From assembly GCA_951812325.1 (NCBI GenBank), contig OX638294.1, positions 1,278,859 to 1,342,858 on the forward strand: 64,000 nucleotides of DNA, given 5' to 3'. The translations under genes were made by a program, and so were the position numbers. The notes under the pieces are model-generated. The model worked only from the letters and a program-made list of their open reading frames with translations. It ran no database searches and was not told the origin of the DNA. Below are positions 17,824 to 28,600 of this stretch, piece after piece (positions within the stretch are counted from its first letter, which is position 1; each line of letters opens with the position of its first letter). This stretch comes from an uncultured Thermoanaerobaculia bacterium. Lineage in GTDB: Bacteria > Acidobacteriota > Thermoanaerobaculia > Multivoradales > Multivoraceae.

Positions 17824-18558
17824 ATGGCCGACCACAGCACGATCGAATGGACCGATGCCACCTGGAACCCCGTGATCGGCTGCACCAGGGTCAGCGCCGG
17901 CTGCGCCCACTGCTACGCGGAACGGTTCACCGAACGGTTCCGCGGCGTACCCGGGCACCCCTTCGAGCACGGCTTCGACCTTCGTCTCGTGCCGGCCCGG
18001 CTCGATCAGCCGCGACGCTGGCGGCGGCCGCGCCGTATCTTCGTCAACTCGATCAGCGATCTCTTCCATCCGAACGTCCCGGAAACCTACATCGCCGAGG
18101 TCGGCCACGTCATGCGCGATGTCGAGCGGCATACCTACCAGGTCCTGACCAAACGCCACGACCGGATGCGTCGTCTCCTGGCCGGAGAACTCTCCTGGAT
18201 GGGAGACCTGCCGAACGTCTGGTTCGGAGTCAGCGTCGAGAACCGCCGCCAGGGCCTGCCGCGGCTGGACGCCCTCCGCGCGACGCCGGCCGCCGTCCGG
18301 TTCGCCTCCATCGAACCGCTACTCGAGGACCTGGGCGACTTCGACCTCAGCTCCATCGACTGGGTCATCGCCGGCGGCGAGAGCGGCCCCGGCGCCCGCC
18401 CGATGCGCGAGGACTGGGTTCTGGGCATCCTCCATCAATGCCGCCGCCAGGGTGTGCCGTTCTTCTTCAAGCAATGGGGCGGCGTCCGCAAGAGCCGCAA
18501 CGGCCGTCTGTTGCAGGGCAGGACCTACGACGAGATTCCCGGGCAACTGGCCGGTTGA
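17824..18558 (+). CDS. Three-Cys-motif protein of the phage Gp37/Gp68 family (PF07505/DUF5131), copy A, 244 aa from ATG 17824
   Basis: MADHSTIEWTDATWNPVIGCTRVSAGCAHCYAERF... (C-x6-C-x2-C). ~80% identical to the minus-strand copy at 35591..36316. Confidence 0.8.
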   Translation: MADHSTIEWTDATWNPVIGCTRVSAGCAHCYAERFTERFRGVPGHPFEHGFDLRLVPARLDQPRRWRRPRRIFVNSISDLFHPNVPETYIAEVGHVMRDVERHTYQVLTKRHDRMRRLLAGELSWMGDLPNVWFGVSVENRRQGLPRLDALRATPAAVRFASIEPLLEDLGDFDLSSIDWVIAGGESGPGARPMREDWVLGILHQCRRQGVPFFFKQWGGVRKSRNGRLLQGRTYDEIPGQLAG

Positions 18559-18575
18559 AGTCAGGGTCAGGGGCG

Positions 18576-18815
18576 ATGAGTCAAGAACGCTTCGGCGGCA
18601 GCTGGACCAGGACGAAGCTCAACGTCCTGCAGCAATACCTGCAGGCGTACACGACCGCCCTCAAGAACCAGCCCTTTCGACTCTGGTACGTCGACGCCTT
18701 CGCAGGAACCGGCACCGTTCATCTGACTTCGGTCCGAGACTCCTTGCAGAGTCCGCGGAGCTCAAACTCGTGCAAGACGTCCATCGCCCTCCGCCGCAAG
18801 TTCCGTCGTTGCTAG
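18576..18815 (+). pseudogene. Truncated N-terminal fragment (80 aa) of the three-Cys-motif partner protein TcmP
   Basis: MSQERFGGSWTRTKLNVLQQYLQAYTTALKNQPFRLWYVDAFAGTGTV... aligns with the N-terminus of the full-length partner at 34483..35577 (WKGYGPFQQVKHELIDAYLKAW...VVYFDTHAGRGSY), then terminates after 80 codons. Confidence 0.6.
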
Positions 18816-18894
18816 CGCCAGCATCCGTGTCCAGTTCTCTTGACGAGACTCTAGCAGCCGCAGCCCTCCGGCCTGGCCGGATAGAGTCGCGGCA

Positions 18895-20787
18895 ATGACC
18901 GAGACCGGAACGACCTCGCAACCGGCTGCGGCGCCGCCCCTGCTTCAGATCCGGGAGCTGCGCACGTACTTCCACGGCAAGCGGGAAACCGTCCGCGCGG
19001 TCGACGACATTGACCTCACGATCGAGGAGGGCGAAACGCTCGGGCTGGTCGGCGAGTCGGGCTCGGGCAAGTCGGTCACCTCGCTGTCGGTCATGCGCCT
19101 GCTCGAGAGCACGGCGAACATCGAGAGCGGCGAGATCTCCTACTTCGGGCGCGACCTGGTCCACCTCCCCAGCCGGGACATGCGCGACCTGCGCGGCAAG
19201 GACATCGGGATGATCTTCCAGGAGCCCGGCACCTCGCTGAACCCGGTCTTCCGGGTCGGCGACCAGGTGGGCGAAGCGCTCCGGGTCCATCTTGGAATGA
19301 GCCGGAAGGAGGCGCGACAACGGACGATCGGGCTGTTCGAGGAGGTCGGCATCCCGGAACCCGAGCGCCGCATCGACAGCTATCCGCACGAGATGTCGGG
19401 CGGCCAGAAGCAGCGCGTGATGATCGCGATGGCCCTGTCCTGCAATCCGAGACTGCTGATCGCCGACGAGCCGACGACCGCCCTCGACGTCACGATCCAG
19501 GCGCAGATCCTCGACCTGATCCGGCGCCTTCGCGACGAGCGCGGCATGTCCATCCTCTTCATCAGCCACGACCTGGGCGTGATCGCGGAGATCGCGGACC
19601 GGATCGCGGTCATGTTCCGGGGCCGGATCGTCGAGCGCGGATCCGTCACCGGGGTGTTCAACAACCCGCAGCACCCCTACACGAAGGGGCTGCTTGCCTG
19701 CCGCCCCCACCTCGACCGGGACTTCCGGCGTCTGCCGACCGTCGCCGATTTCATGGACGTCGACGAGGTCGGCGACGGCGGCGAGATCCGGATCACCGAG
19801 CGCGACCTGAGCGCGGAGGCTCTGGGCGATCTCGTCGGACGCGGACGCGGACGCCTGCTCCACCCGCAGCCCGCCCTGGAGAGCCTCGGGTACGCGGAGG
19901 ATCCCGGGCCCGGAGACGTGATCGACCAGGACGCGGCGCCGCTGCTGACGGTGCGCGACCTCAAGGTCTACTACCCGATCAAGAGCGGTTTCCTGCGCCG
20001 TCAGGTCGGCGAGGTCAAGGCGGTCGACGGCATCTCCTTCGACGTCTACTCGGGCCAGACGCTGGGCCTCGTCGGCGAGTCCGGCTGCGGCAAGACGACC
20101 ACCGGGCTGGCGCTGCTGCGGCTGATCGACATCACCGGCGGCAGGGTCCATTTCGACGACCAGGATGTGACCGGAATTCCCGCCAGCCGCCTGCGCGCCC
20201 TCCGCGGGCAGATGCAGATCATCCTCCAGGATCCCTACTCGTCGCTGAATCCCCGGATGACGGTCGAGGCGATGCTCACCGAAGCGATGGCGATCCACAA
20301 GATCGGCGCCGGGCGGCGCGACCGCCGCGACCGCGCCGCCCGTCTGCTGGAAGAAGTCGGCATGGAAGCCGATCACCTGCGCCGCTACCCGCACGAGTTC
20401 TCCGGCGGCCAGCGCCAGCGCGTATCGGTGGCACGGGCGCTGGCGGTGCAGCCGGAGCTGATCATCTGCGACGAATCCGTGTCGGCGCTGGATGTCTCGG
20501 TGCAGGCACAGGTGCTCAACCTGCTCAAGGACCTCCAGGAAGAGCACGGCCTGACCTACATCTTCATCAGCCACGACCTGTCCGTGGTCAAGTTCATGTC
20601 CGACATGATGGCGGTGATGCTCGACGGCAAGATCGTCGAGCAGGGGCCGTCCGAGGCGATCTACAGGACGCCACGGGAGGAGTACACCCGCAGCCTGATC
20701 GAGGCCGTGCCGGACGACACGATCGCCAACATCGAACGCCGGCAGCACGAACGCCGGGAAGCCCGCACCCTCCGTCACGCGAATTGA
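18895..20787 (+). CDS. ABC transporter ATP-binding protein with duplicated ATPase domains (oligopeptide/dipeptide DppD-DppF/GsiA type)
   Basis: Two Walker A sites ([16 protein letters not shown]), two LSGGQ(K/R)QRV signatures, peptide-transporter C-terminal tails. Confidence 0.9.
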   Translation: MTETGTTSQPAAAPPLLQIRELRTYFHGKRETVRAVDDIDLTIEEGETLGLVGESGSGKSVTSLSVMRLLESTANIESGEISYFGRDLVHLPSRDMRDLRGKDIGMIFQEPGTSLNPVFRVGDQVGEALRVHLGMSRKEARQRTIGLFEEVGIPEPERRIDSYPHEMSGGQKQRVMIAMALSCNPRLLIADEPTTALDVTIQAQILDLIRRLRDERGMSILFISHDLGVIAEIADRIAVMFRGRIVERGSVTGVFNNPQHPYTKGLLACRPHLDRDFRRLPTVADFMDVDEVGDGGEIRITERDLSAEALGDLVGRGRGRLLHPQPALESLGYAEDPGPGDVIDQDAAPLLTVRDLKVYYPIKSGFLRRQVGEVKAVDGISFDVYSGQTLGLVGESGCGKTTTGLALLRLIDITGGRVHFDDQDVTGIPASRLRALRGQMQIILQDPYSSLNPRMTVEAMLTEAMAIHKIGAGRRDRRDRAARLLEEVGMEADHLRRYPHEFSGGQRQRVSVARALAVQPELIICDESVSALDVSVQAQVLNLLKDLQEEHGLTYIFISHDLSVVKFMSDMMAVMLDGKIVEQGPSEAIYRTPREEYTRSLIEAVPDDTIANIERRQHERREARTLRHAN

Positions 20788-20809
20788 CACCCAGCCGGCG
20801 ACAACGGTC

Positions 20810-22195
20810 ATGACGACCAGCAGCACGAGCCGTTTCCCAGAGGCCCTGGTGCTGATCTTCGCCATGATCGTGGCGGCGCAGGTCCTCACTTACGTCCTGC
20901 CCGCCGGCGAGTACGAGCGCGATGGCCGGCAGGTGCTGGCCGGCACCTACCACGCCGTCGAAGCAGCGTCCTTGCCTTGGCACGCCGCCCTGACCAAGGT
21001 GCCCAGGGGCCTCGAGGCGGCCGGCGAGATCATCTTCTTCGTCTTCCTGGTCGGCGGCGCGATCGGGGTCATCCGCGCCACGGGCGCAATCGACGCGGCG
21101 ATCGGGCGCGCAATCAGCACGCTCGGGGGCCGACCGATCCTGCTGGTCGGCGGGATGACGGCCCTGTTCGCGGTCGGCTCGTCGACGATCGGCATGGCCG
21201 AGGAGTACATGCCCTTCGTGCCCATCCTGGTCGCGATGTGCATCGCCCTGAAGATGGACGCCGTGGTGGCCTTGGGCATGGTCTACCTCGGCGCCGGGAT
21301 CGGCTACGGCGCCGCGGCAATCAACCCGTTCACGGTGATGATCGCCAAGGACATCGCCGGCCAGGATCCGGGTACCGGTTTCGGGCTCAGGTGGGCGCTG
21401 TTGGCGGTCATGCTCCTCGTCGCCGTCCACCACCTGCTCCGGTACGCGCGGCGCATCGCCGCCGATCCCGAACGGAGCCTGGTCCGGGACGTCGACTACG
21501 GCGGCGGCGGCCACGAACTGACCGCGGCCGAGCTGACGCCGGCACGACTCGGCATCCTCGCCGCGTTCACCGCGATGATCGGCATCTTCATCTGGGGCGT
21601 GAACGTCCACGGCTGGTACCTGGTCGAACTCGCCGCGCTGTTCCTCGGCGTGACGATCATCGCCGCCGCCCTCGGCCGCGTGTCGCCGAACCGCACCGCG
21701 CGAGCGTTCACGACCGGCGCCGCCGAACTGACCGGCACGGCGCTGCTGATCGGTTTCGCGCGCACGATCGAGGTCGTGCTCTCCGACGCGCGGGTCATCG
21801 ACACCGTGATCCACGGCATCGCCTCGTTGCTACAGAAGGCCGAGGGCCTGGGCGCGGGCGCCGCGGTCGTCTCGGCCTGGGGCATGCTCTTGGTCCAGAG
21901 CGTGTGCAACTTCCTGATCCCCTCGGGCAGCGGGCAGGCCTACGTCACGATGCCGATCATGGCGCCGCTCGCGGACCTCACGGGGGTCGGCCGCGAGACC
22001 TCGGTGCTCGCCTACCAGCTCGGCGACGGCCTGATGAACCTGATCGTGCCGACGAACGCCCTGCTGATGGGCATGCTGCTCCTGGCCCGCATCCCGTACC
22101 AGCGCTGGCTGCGCTTCATCCTGCCCGCCATCGTCAAGCTCTATCTGGTCGCGATGGCCGTGCTGGCGGTCGCCGCCCTGATGCGCTTCGAGTAG
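20810..22195 (+). CDS. YfcC/DcuC-family integral membrane transporter (461 aa)
   Basis: Multi-TM protein with YfcC-family motifs (IFFVFLVGGAIGVI..., NFLIPSGSGQAYVTMPIMAPLADL). Confidence 0.75.
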   Translation: MTTSSTSRFPEALVLIFAMIVAAQVLTYVLPAGEYERDGRQVLAGTYHAVEAASLPWHAALTKVPRGLEAAGEIIFFVFLVGGAIGVIRATGAIDAAIGRAISTLGGRPILLVGGMTALFAVGSSTIGMAEEYMPFVPILVAMCIALKMDAVVALGMVYLGAGIGYGAAAINPFTVMIAKDIAGQDPGTGFGLRWALLAVMLLVAVHHLLRYARRIAADPERSLVRDVDYGGGGHELTAAELTPARLGILAAFTAMIGIFIWGVNVHGWYLVELAALFLGVTIIAAALGRVSPNRTARAFTTGAAELTGTALLIGFARTIEVVLSDARVIDTVIHGIASLLQKAEGLGAGAAVVSAWGMLLVQSVCNFLIPSGSGQAYVTMPIMAPLADLTGVGRETSVLAYQLGDGLMNLIVPTNALLMGMLLLARIPYQRWLRFILPAIVKLYLVAMAVLAVAALMRFE

Positions 22196-22257
22196 TCGCC
22201 GGGCGCGCCTGCGGTCTCCTTGGCTCGCACGGCTACGACCCGCTACGCTCGCGCCAA

Positions 22258-25200
22258 GTGACGCCCCACGCGACGACTTCGTCAACCTACGGCGACGAAC
22301 TCCCGGAACACGACCCGGAGGTCGGTCAACTCGTCCATGTCCGTAGCCGCCGCTGGCTGGTCGAGCACGTCCGGCCCGGCGAGAGGCCCGGCGAATCCTC
22401 GATCGTCCGCCTCGCCTGCGCCGAAGACGACGCCCAGGGCGAGGAGATCGAGGTCTTCTGGAAGGTCGAGATCGACCGGCGCATCCTGAAGCAGGAAGGC
22501 TGGGGCGAACTCGCCGCGAGAGGCTTCGACACGCCGCCCCGGTTCGCCGCCTTCCTCCACACGCTGCGCTGGAACTGCGTCACCGCCACCGACCCCGACC
22601 TGTTCCAGGCGCCCTTCCGTGCCGGCATCAAGCTGGACGCCTACCAGATGGAGCCGCTGCGCAAGGCGCTCCGAATGCCGCGGGTCAACCTCTTCATCGC
22701 CGACGACACCGGCCTGGGGAAGACGATCGAGGCCGGCCTGATCGCCCGCGAACTCCTGCTCCGCAAGAAGGTCCGGACGATCGTCGTCTCCGCGCCGAGT
22801 TCCGTCCTCGAACAGTGGCAGGCCGAGATGGAGGAGCGCTTCGGACTGCTGTTCGAGATCCTCGACCGCGCGTACTTCACCCGCATTCGGCGCGAGCGCG
22901 GCTTCGGCGTCAACCCCTGGAAGACCCACAGCCGCTTCCTGGTCTCCCACAACCTGCTCCGGGATCCGACGTACGCCGATCCGATGCGGGCCTGGCTCGG
23001 CCCGGTGCTCCGCGGCAGCCTGTTTATTCTCGACGAAGCACACCACGCGGCGCCTTCGAGCGGCGGACGATACGGCATCGAGTCGAAGTTCACTCGCGCG
23101 ATTCGGGACCTGAGCCACCGCTTTGAGCACCGCCTCTTCCTCTCCGCGACGCCGCACAACGGCCACTCGAACAGCTTCTCCACCCTCCTGGAGCTGCTCG
23201 ACCCCCATCGATTCACACGCGGCGTCGGCGTACGCAGCGAGTCGCTGGATGCGGTCATGGTGCGCAGGCTCAAGGAGGACATCCGCGAAGTCCAGGGCGG
23301 GTTCCCGCAGCGCAACGTCGTGCCCGTCCGAATCGACAATCTGCCCGCCAATCAGCCGGAGCTCGAACTGTCTCGTCTGCTCGACGAGTATCGGACGGCC
23401 CGCGCTGAGAGATTCAGGAAGGCGACCAGCAGCGTCCAGGCTGCCTCCGGCCTGCTCGTCGTCGGCCTGCAGCAGCGCCTGCTGTCGTCCATCGAGGCGT
23501 TCGCGGTCAGCCTGCGGACCCACCGCCAGACGGTCGCTCGGCAGCGCGACCAGGAACTCCAACAACAGGCCGGCGCCGCCACGACCACCCGCGCCAGGAC
23601 GGAAGCTCAACTCTTCGTCTCGGCATCCGGGGCAACCGGCGCCGACGGCGACCAGGAGGACGAAGCAGCGTGGACCTCGGAGGAAGCCGAACGGGAAGAA
23701 GCGCGCCAGATCGAGACGATCACCGCCGCGACGGAAGCCGCCGCGACCTCGCTCGTTGGCGCCGCAACCGCCGAAGCGCCGGACGAGAGGCTCTGGCTAC
23801 GCGAGAAGGCCCTCCTGGACCGCATGGAGCAGGTCGCCGCGCAAGCCCGTGGCCGGCCCGACGCCAAGACGCGCCGCCTCGTCGACTGGATTCGCGAGAA
23901 CCTCTGCCCCGACCTCCCGCCGCTCGGAACGGCGTTGCCGCCAGGTACGCCGCCACCGCGCTGGAACAACCGGCGGCTGCTGATCTTCACGGAGAACCGC
24001 GTGGGCACGAAGCGCTACCTCCGCAACATGCTGGAGAGCGCCATCGCCTGCTCCGACCGAGCCGAGAATCGCATCGTCACCATCGACGGCCACACCCGCG
24101 GCGCCGCCCGGCGCGAGATCCAGCGCCGGTTCAACGCCGAGCCCGAAAACGACCCGCTGCGCATCCTCCTGGCGACCGACGCCGCCCGCGAGGGACTGAA
24201 CTTCCAGGCCCACTGCACGGACCTGTTCCACTTTGACCTGCCATGGAATCCCGGCCGCATCGAGCAGCGGAACGGTCGCATCGACCGGAAGCTCCAGCCG
24301 GCCAGCGAAGTCAACTGCCACTACTTCGTTCTGCCTCAGCGGGCCGAGGACCGCGTACTGGAGGTCCTCGTCGAGAAGACGGAGACGATCCGAAAGGAAC
24401 TCGGAAGCCTGTCCAGGGTGATCGACGACCGGATCGAACGTCGCCTGAAGAGCGGCGGCATACCCCACGGCACGGTCGACCGACTCGCGGCCCGGATCGC
24501 GGCAGCCGATCTCCAGGTCGAGCGCAAACGCGTCGCCGCCGAGGAACTGGAGAGCGCCCGCCAGCGCCGAAGCGACCTCCAGGGCCAGATCAACCGCTGC
24601 CAGACCCTGCTCCAGAACTCGCGAAAGTGGGTTCAGTTCGACGTCGAGCCGTTCCGGGATGCACTTTCCTGTTCACTCGAGCTGCTGGGCGCAAAGCCGC
24701 TGCAAGCGACGCGGAACGAGAGGCGCGAAACGAGGTGGACCTTCCCCGCCCTCGACGGCCAGACCTCCGCCGACCCCACCTGGGCACGTACGCTCGACTC
24801 CCTGCGCCGGCCGCGGCGGCGCAATCAGAAGCTCACCGACTGGCGCAAGGAGGAGCCGCCCCGCCCCATCGTGTTCGAAGACGCCGGCGTACTGACCGAC
24901 GAGACGGTCCACCTGCATCTCGAACAACGGGTAGCGCAGCGGCTCCTCGCGCGCTTTCGCTCCCAGGGCTTCCTTCACCACGACTTGTCGCGCGCCTGTC
25001 TCGCCCAGGCCGTCGACTCGATCCCCAGAGTCGTCCTTCTCGCCCGGCTGTCTCTCTACGGCAGCGGCGCCGAGCGCCTGCACGAGCAGGTCATCACCGT
25101 GGCCGCCCGCTGGGTCGAGCCGTCGCGCCGCACGGCGCCGCTTAAGGCCTACGCCCGTCACGCGGAACAACGGACGCTCGACCTGCTTGAAGTGTCCCTT

Positions 25201-25635
25201 GCCGGAACGAGTGGACGACCGGTGAACGAGGTGGTAGCGCAGAGGCTCCTGAACGCCGCAGCGCGCGACATCGAGGAACTGCGTCCTCAGCTCGAACCAC
25301 GAAGCCGGGAACTCGCCGCAGTCGCGACGAAGCGGCTCCAGGAGCGCGGCGAGCGAGAGTCTCGTGAACTGCGCGCGATTCTGAAACAGCAGCGCCAGCG
25401 GGTCCGCGACGAACTGCAACTGAGAGACAACCAGTTCGTTCAGCGCACACTCGCCTTCAACCGCGGCGAAGAGCGGCAGTTGCGGGCCGACATGCGTTCC
25501 TGGCGCACGCGACTGGAGCAATTCGACTGCGACTTGGAGCACGAACCCCAACGCATTCGCAACTTCTACGAGGTCCGCGTAGCGCCGCCCGTCGAACCGC
25601 TGGGCATCGTCTACCTATGGCCGGAGACGAACTGA
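22258..25635 (+). CDS. drmD: SNF2-family helicase, DISARM drmD-like (~1125 aa; start tentative GTG 22258)
   Basis: SNF2 N-terminal motifs LDAYQMEPL, ADDTGLGKTIEAG, DEAHHAA, SATPHNG. Helicase C motifs LLATDAAREGLNFQ...FDLPWNPGRIEQRNGRIDR. Long C-terminal coiled-coil extension. Directly upstream of the methyltransferase. Confidence 0.8.
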   Translation: MTPHATTSSTYGDELPEHDPEVGQLVHVRSRRWLVEHVRPGERPGESSIVRLACAEDDAQGEEIEVFWKVEIDRRILKQEGWGELAARGFDTPPRFAAFLHTLRWNCVTATDPDLFQAPFRAGIKLDAYQMEPLRKALRMPRVNLFIADDTGLGKTIEAGLIARELLLRKKVRTIVVSAPSSVLEQWQAEMEERFGLLFEILDRAYFTRIRRERGFGVNPWKTHSRFLVSHNLLRDPTYADPMRAWLGPVLRGSLFILDEAHHAAPSSGGRYGIESKFTRAIRDLSHRFEHRLFLSATPHNGHSNSFSTLLELLDPHRFTRGVGVRSESLDAVMVRRLKEDIREVQGGFPQRNVVPVRIDNLPANQPELELSRLLDEYRTARAERFRKATSSVQAASGLLVVGLQQRLLSSIEAFAVSLRTHRQTVARQRDQELQQQAGAATTTRARTEAQLFVSASGATGADGDQEDEAAWTSEEAEREEARQIETITAATEAAATSLVGAATAEAPDERLWLREKALLDRMEQVAAQARGRPDAKTRRLVDWIRENLCPDLPPLGTALPPGTPPPRWNNRRLLIFTENRVGTKRYLRNMLESAIACSDRAENRIVTIDGHTRGAARREIQRRFNAEPENDPLRILLATDAAREGLNFQAHCTDLFHFDLPWNPGRIEQRNGRIDRKLQPASEVNCHYFVLPQRAEDRVLEVLVEKTETIRKELGSLSRVIDDRIERRLKSGGIPHGTVDRLAARIAAADLQVERKRVAAEELESARQRRSDLQGQINRCQTLLQNSRKWVQFDVEPFRDALSCSLELLGAKPLQATRNERRETRWTFPALDGQTSADPTWARTLDSLRRPRRRNQKLTDWRKEEPPRPIVFEDAGVLTDETVHLHLEQRVAQRLLARFRSQGFLHHDLSRACLAQAVDSIPRVVLLARLSLYGSGAERLHEQVITVAARWVEPSRRTAPLKAYARHAEQRTLDLLEVSLAGTSGRPVNEVVAQRLLNAAARDIEELRPQLEPRSRELAAVATKRLQERGERESRELRAILKQQRQRVRDELQLRDNQFVQRTLAFNRGEERQLRADMRSWRTRLEQFDCDLEHEPQRIRNFYEVRVAPPVEPLGIVYLWPETN

Positions 25636-25693
25636 TGAGCGGCGTGCGACAGGTGGCAGGGTTCGCGTCATCAGCACGGCGCCGCCCGTAGCG

Positions 25694-28600
25694 ATGCCGA
25701 AGCTCGACGCGAACACAAGAGCCCACCTCGAGTGGCTCGGCTTCGTCCGGCCGACCGGCCTCGTGGTGTCGCCGCCGGCGCTCAACAAGGCCGGCGCCGT
25801 GCTGGAACGGGCCGATCGGGAGGGCCAGCGGCTGCTTCGCGACGCGGTATCCGAGCGGGAGTTCAAGCCCGGCGAAGGTCGCCAGCCCTGGCTGCCCGCC
25901 TTCGAGGACTTCGCCCGCTCGGTCCTCGGCTGGCGCTTCTCTCCCGAGGGCTACGCGGGCGGGAGCGCGGCGCCGATTCCCGACGAACTGAGCCTTCACC
26001 TTCCGGACTGCGGCGAGACCCTGAGACCCGACTTCGCGGTCCGCGAACGAAGCCCGAACGAGGATGGCTCGCGCTGGCAACTGCTCGTGCAGACCGTCGA
26101 ACCGGGCCTGAGCTTCGACCGCGCGGTCTCCGGCGCCGGCAAGCTGGAAGCCTCCCCGCACAGCCGCATGGAACGCCTTCTGCGAGCGAAGGCGGTTCCC
26201 GCCGGGCTGCTGTTCAACGGCCGCGCCTTGCGCCTCGTCTCGGCGCCGCGCGGCGAGACTTCCGGCTGGACCGACTTCCAACTCGCCGACATGCTGCTTG
26301 TGGCGGGCCGCCCGATCTGCACCGCCCTGCGCCTGCTCCTGAACGAGCAGCGGCTGCTCGCCTTGCCCAGGCGCCAACGACTGGCCGCGCTCCTGGCGGA
26401 CAGCCGCAAGTACCAGAACGAGGTCAGCGAACGCCTGGCCGAGCAGGTCCTGCATGCCCTCTACGAACTGCTGCGCGGCTTCCAGGCGGCGCACGACGCG
26501 TCGAGAAAGGAACTCCTGGGCGACCAGTTGCGCGAGGATCCGGGCGGCATCTACCACGGCCTTCTCACCGTGGTGCTGCGCCTGGTTTTCCTGCTCTACG
26601 CCGAAGAGCGCGATCTCCTCTCCGAAGAGGCAACCTTCGTCCGCCACTACTCCCTGGCCAGTCTCCACGACCGGCTGCGGGCCGACGCGGCGCTCCACCC
26701 CGACACGATGGACCAGCGCTACGGCGCCTGGGCCCAGTTGCTGGCGCTGTTTCGCATGATCCACAACGGCGCCGCAGCCGCCGACCTCCGCCTTCCGCCC
26801 CGGCACGGCGTGCTCTTCGATTTCGACCGCTTTCCGTTCCTGGAAGGTCGGCCCCCGGGAAGCGTGGCCCAGAACCACGAGCGCGTCGCGGCGCCGCTCG
26901 TGTCCGACGGCACGGTCCATCGCGCTCTGGAGAAGCTCCTCGTGCTCGACGGCGACCGCCTCTCCTACCGCGCGCTGGACGTCGAGCAGATCGGCTCCGT
27001 CTACGAAACGATGATGGGCTTCCGCCTCGAACGCGCCGAGGGACCTTCGTGCGCGATCAAGCCAGCCAAAAGGCACGGCGCGCCCGCCACGGTGAACCTG
27101 GCAGCGCTGCTCGAAAAACCAGTCGATCGGCGCGTCCGCTGGTTTCGCGAACGGACCGACCGCAGGCTGACCGACAAGGCCGCGAAGGCGCTACGGAACG
27201 CCCGGACGATCGACGAACTTCACGCCGGCCTCGACCGCGTGATCGACCGCGCCGCGACCCCCGACCTGGCGCCGAAGGGCCACATGATCCTCCAACCGAG
27301 CGATGAACGCCGACGCTCGGGCTCGCACTACACGCCGCGCGAACTCACCGAACCGATCGTCCGGGACACCCTGGAACCGATCCTCGACCGGCTGCGAGAG
27401 CAAGCCGCGGGAAGCGCGGGCCAGGAACCGGCAACACCGCCAGACCTGTCGGCGCCCGCTGAACACGGATCGCGAGTACGTAGCCCACGTCATCAGGGAC
27501 CGGCAACAGCGCCCGACCTGTCGGCGCGCGGGCCTTCCGGCCCGCATCCAGCTCCGACGACAAAAGCGCCTCGGCCGGAACAGATCCTCGGACTCAAGGT
27601 CTGCGACCCGGCGATGGGCTCCGGCGCCTTCCTCGTCGAATCCTGCCGTCAACTCGGCGACGCCCTGGTCGACTCCTGGCACGCCCACGACGCGGCGCCG
27701 CCCATCCCGCCCGACGAAGACGAAGCCGTCCACGCCCGGCGTCTCGTCGCCCGCAACTGCCTCTACGGCGTGGATCGGAACGCCGTCGCCGTGGACCTGG
27801 CGAAGCTCTCGCTCTGGCTGACGACGCTCGCCAGGGACCATCCCCTGACGTTCCTCGACCACGCGCTTCGCCACGGCGATTCCCTGGTCGGCCTGGCGCC
27901 GGAACAGATCCAGGCCTTCCACTGGAAGGGCAAGGAGAAGCGCTTCCAGGCCGGCATCGAGACGACCTGGATTCGAGAGCAGGTCGAGAAGGCGTTGCGC
28001 CTGAGACGGGCGATCCAGGAGGCGCGCGACGACACGCCGGACTGGGTACTGCGCGATCGGCTGGACCAGGCGGAGGACGAACTGGCTCGGGTCAAGCGGA
28101 ACGGCGACCTCGTCGTTGCGGCCTTCTTCGAACGCCAGAAGCCCGGCGAGCGTGAAGCCCTGCGCCGGTCGTTCGCCGCCGAACTTCAGTTCGAGACTGC
28201 GAGCGGCTCAGGGGGCAAGCCATCGTCCCGGCCGGGCGAAGACGAACAAGCATCCGTTCCGGCTTCCGTCTCGGGTCACTCCGGCAGTTCCGGCAGCATC
28301 CGCGCCTCCCCCTCGAACGCGATCTCGACGATCGGTTGGCTGGAGGAATTCCGAAACGGCGACCCGCCACTGGCGCCGTTTCACTGGGCAATCGAGTACC
28401 CCGAGGTCTTCCTGCTTGAAGAGCGCGAGAATTCCGGCTTCGACGCGGTCGTGGGGAACCCGCCGTTCGCCGGCAAGAACACGATCGGCAACGCGAACGT
28501 ACCGGGCTACAAGGCTTGGCTGAAGCAGCTCCACGAAGAAAGCCACGGCAACGCGGACCTTGTCGCCCACTTCTTCAGGCGCGCGTTCACGCTGGTTCGC

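Noticed and set aside
18661-20889. 742-aa minus-strand ORF opposite the dipeptide ABC ATPase gene
   Set aside because: Antisense artefact; the plus strand encodes a textbook double-NBD ABC ATPase.
20977-22257. 5' 1.2 kb of the 1552-aa track ORF 20977..25635
   Set aside because: This part overlaps yfcC in another frame and is Arg/Gly/Pro-rich. The SNF2 helicase begins only after the yfcC stop (start tentatively GTG 22258).
25457-27076. 539-aa minus-strand ORF overlapping the start of the methyltransferase gene
   Set aside because: Antisense or alternate frame without motifs; the plus strand carries unambiguous MTase motifs.
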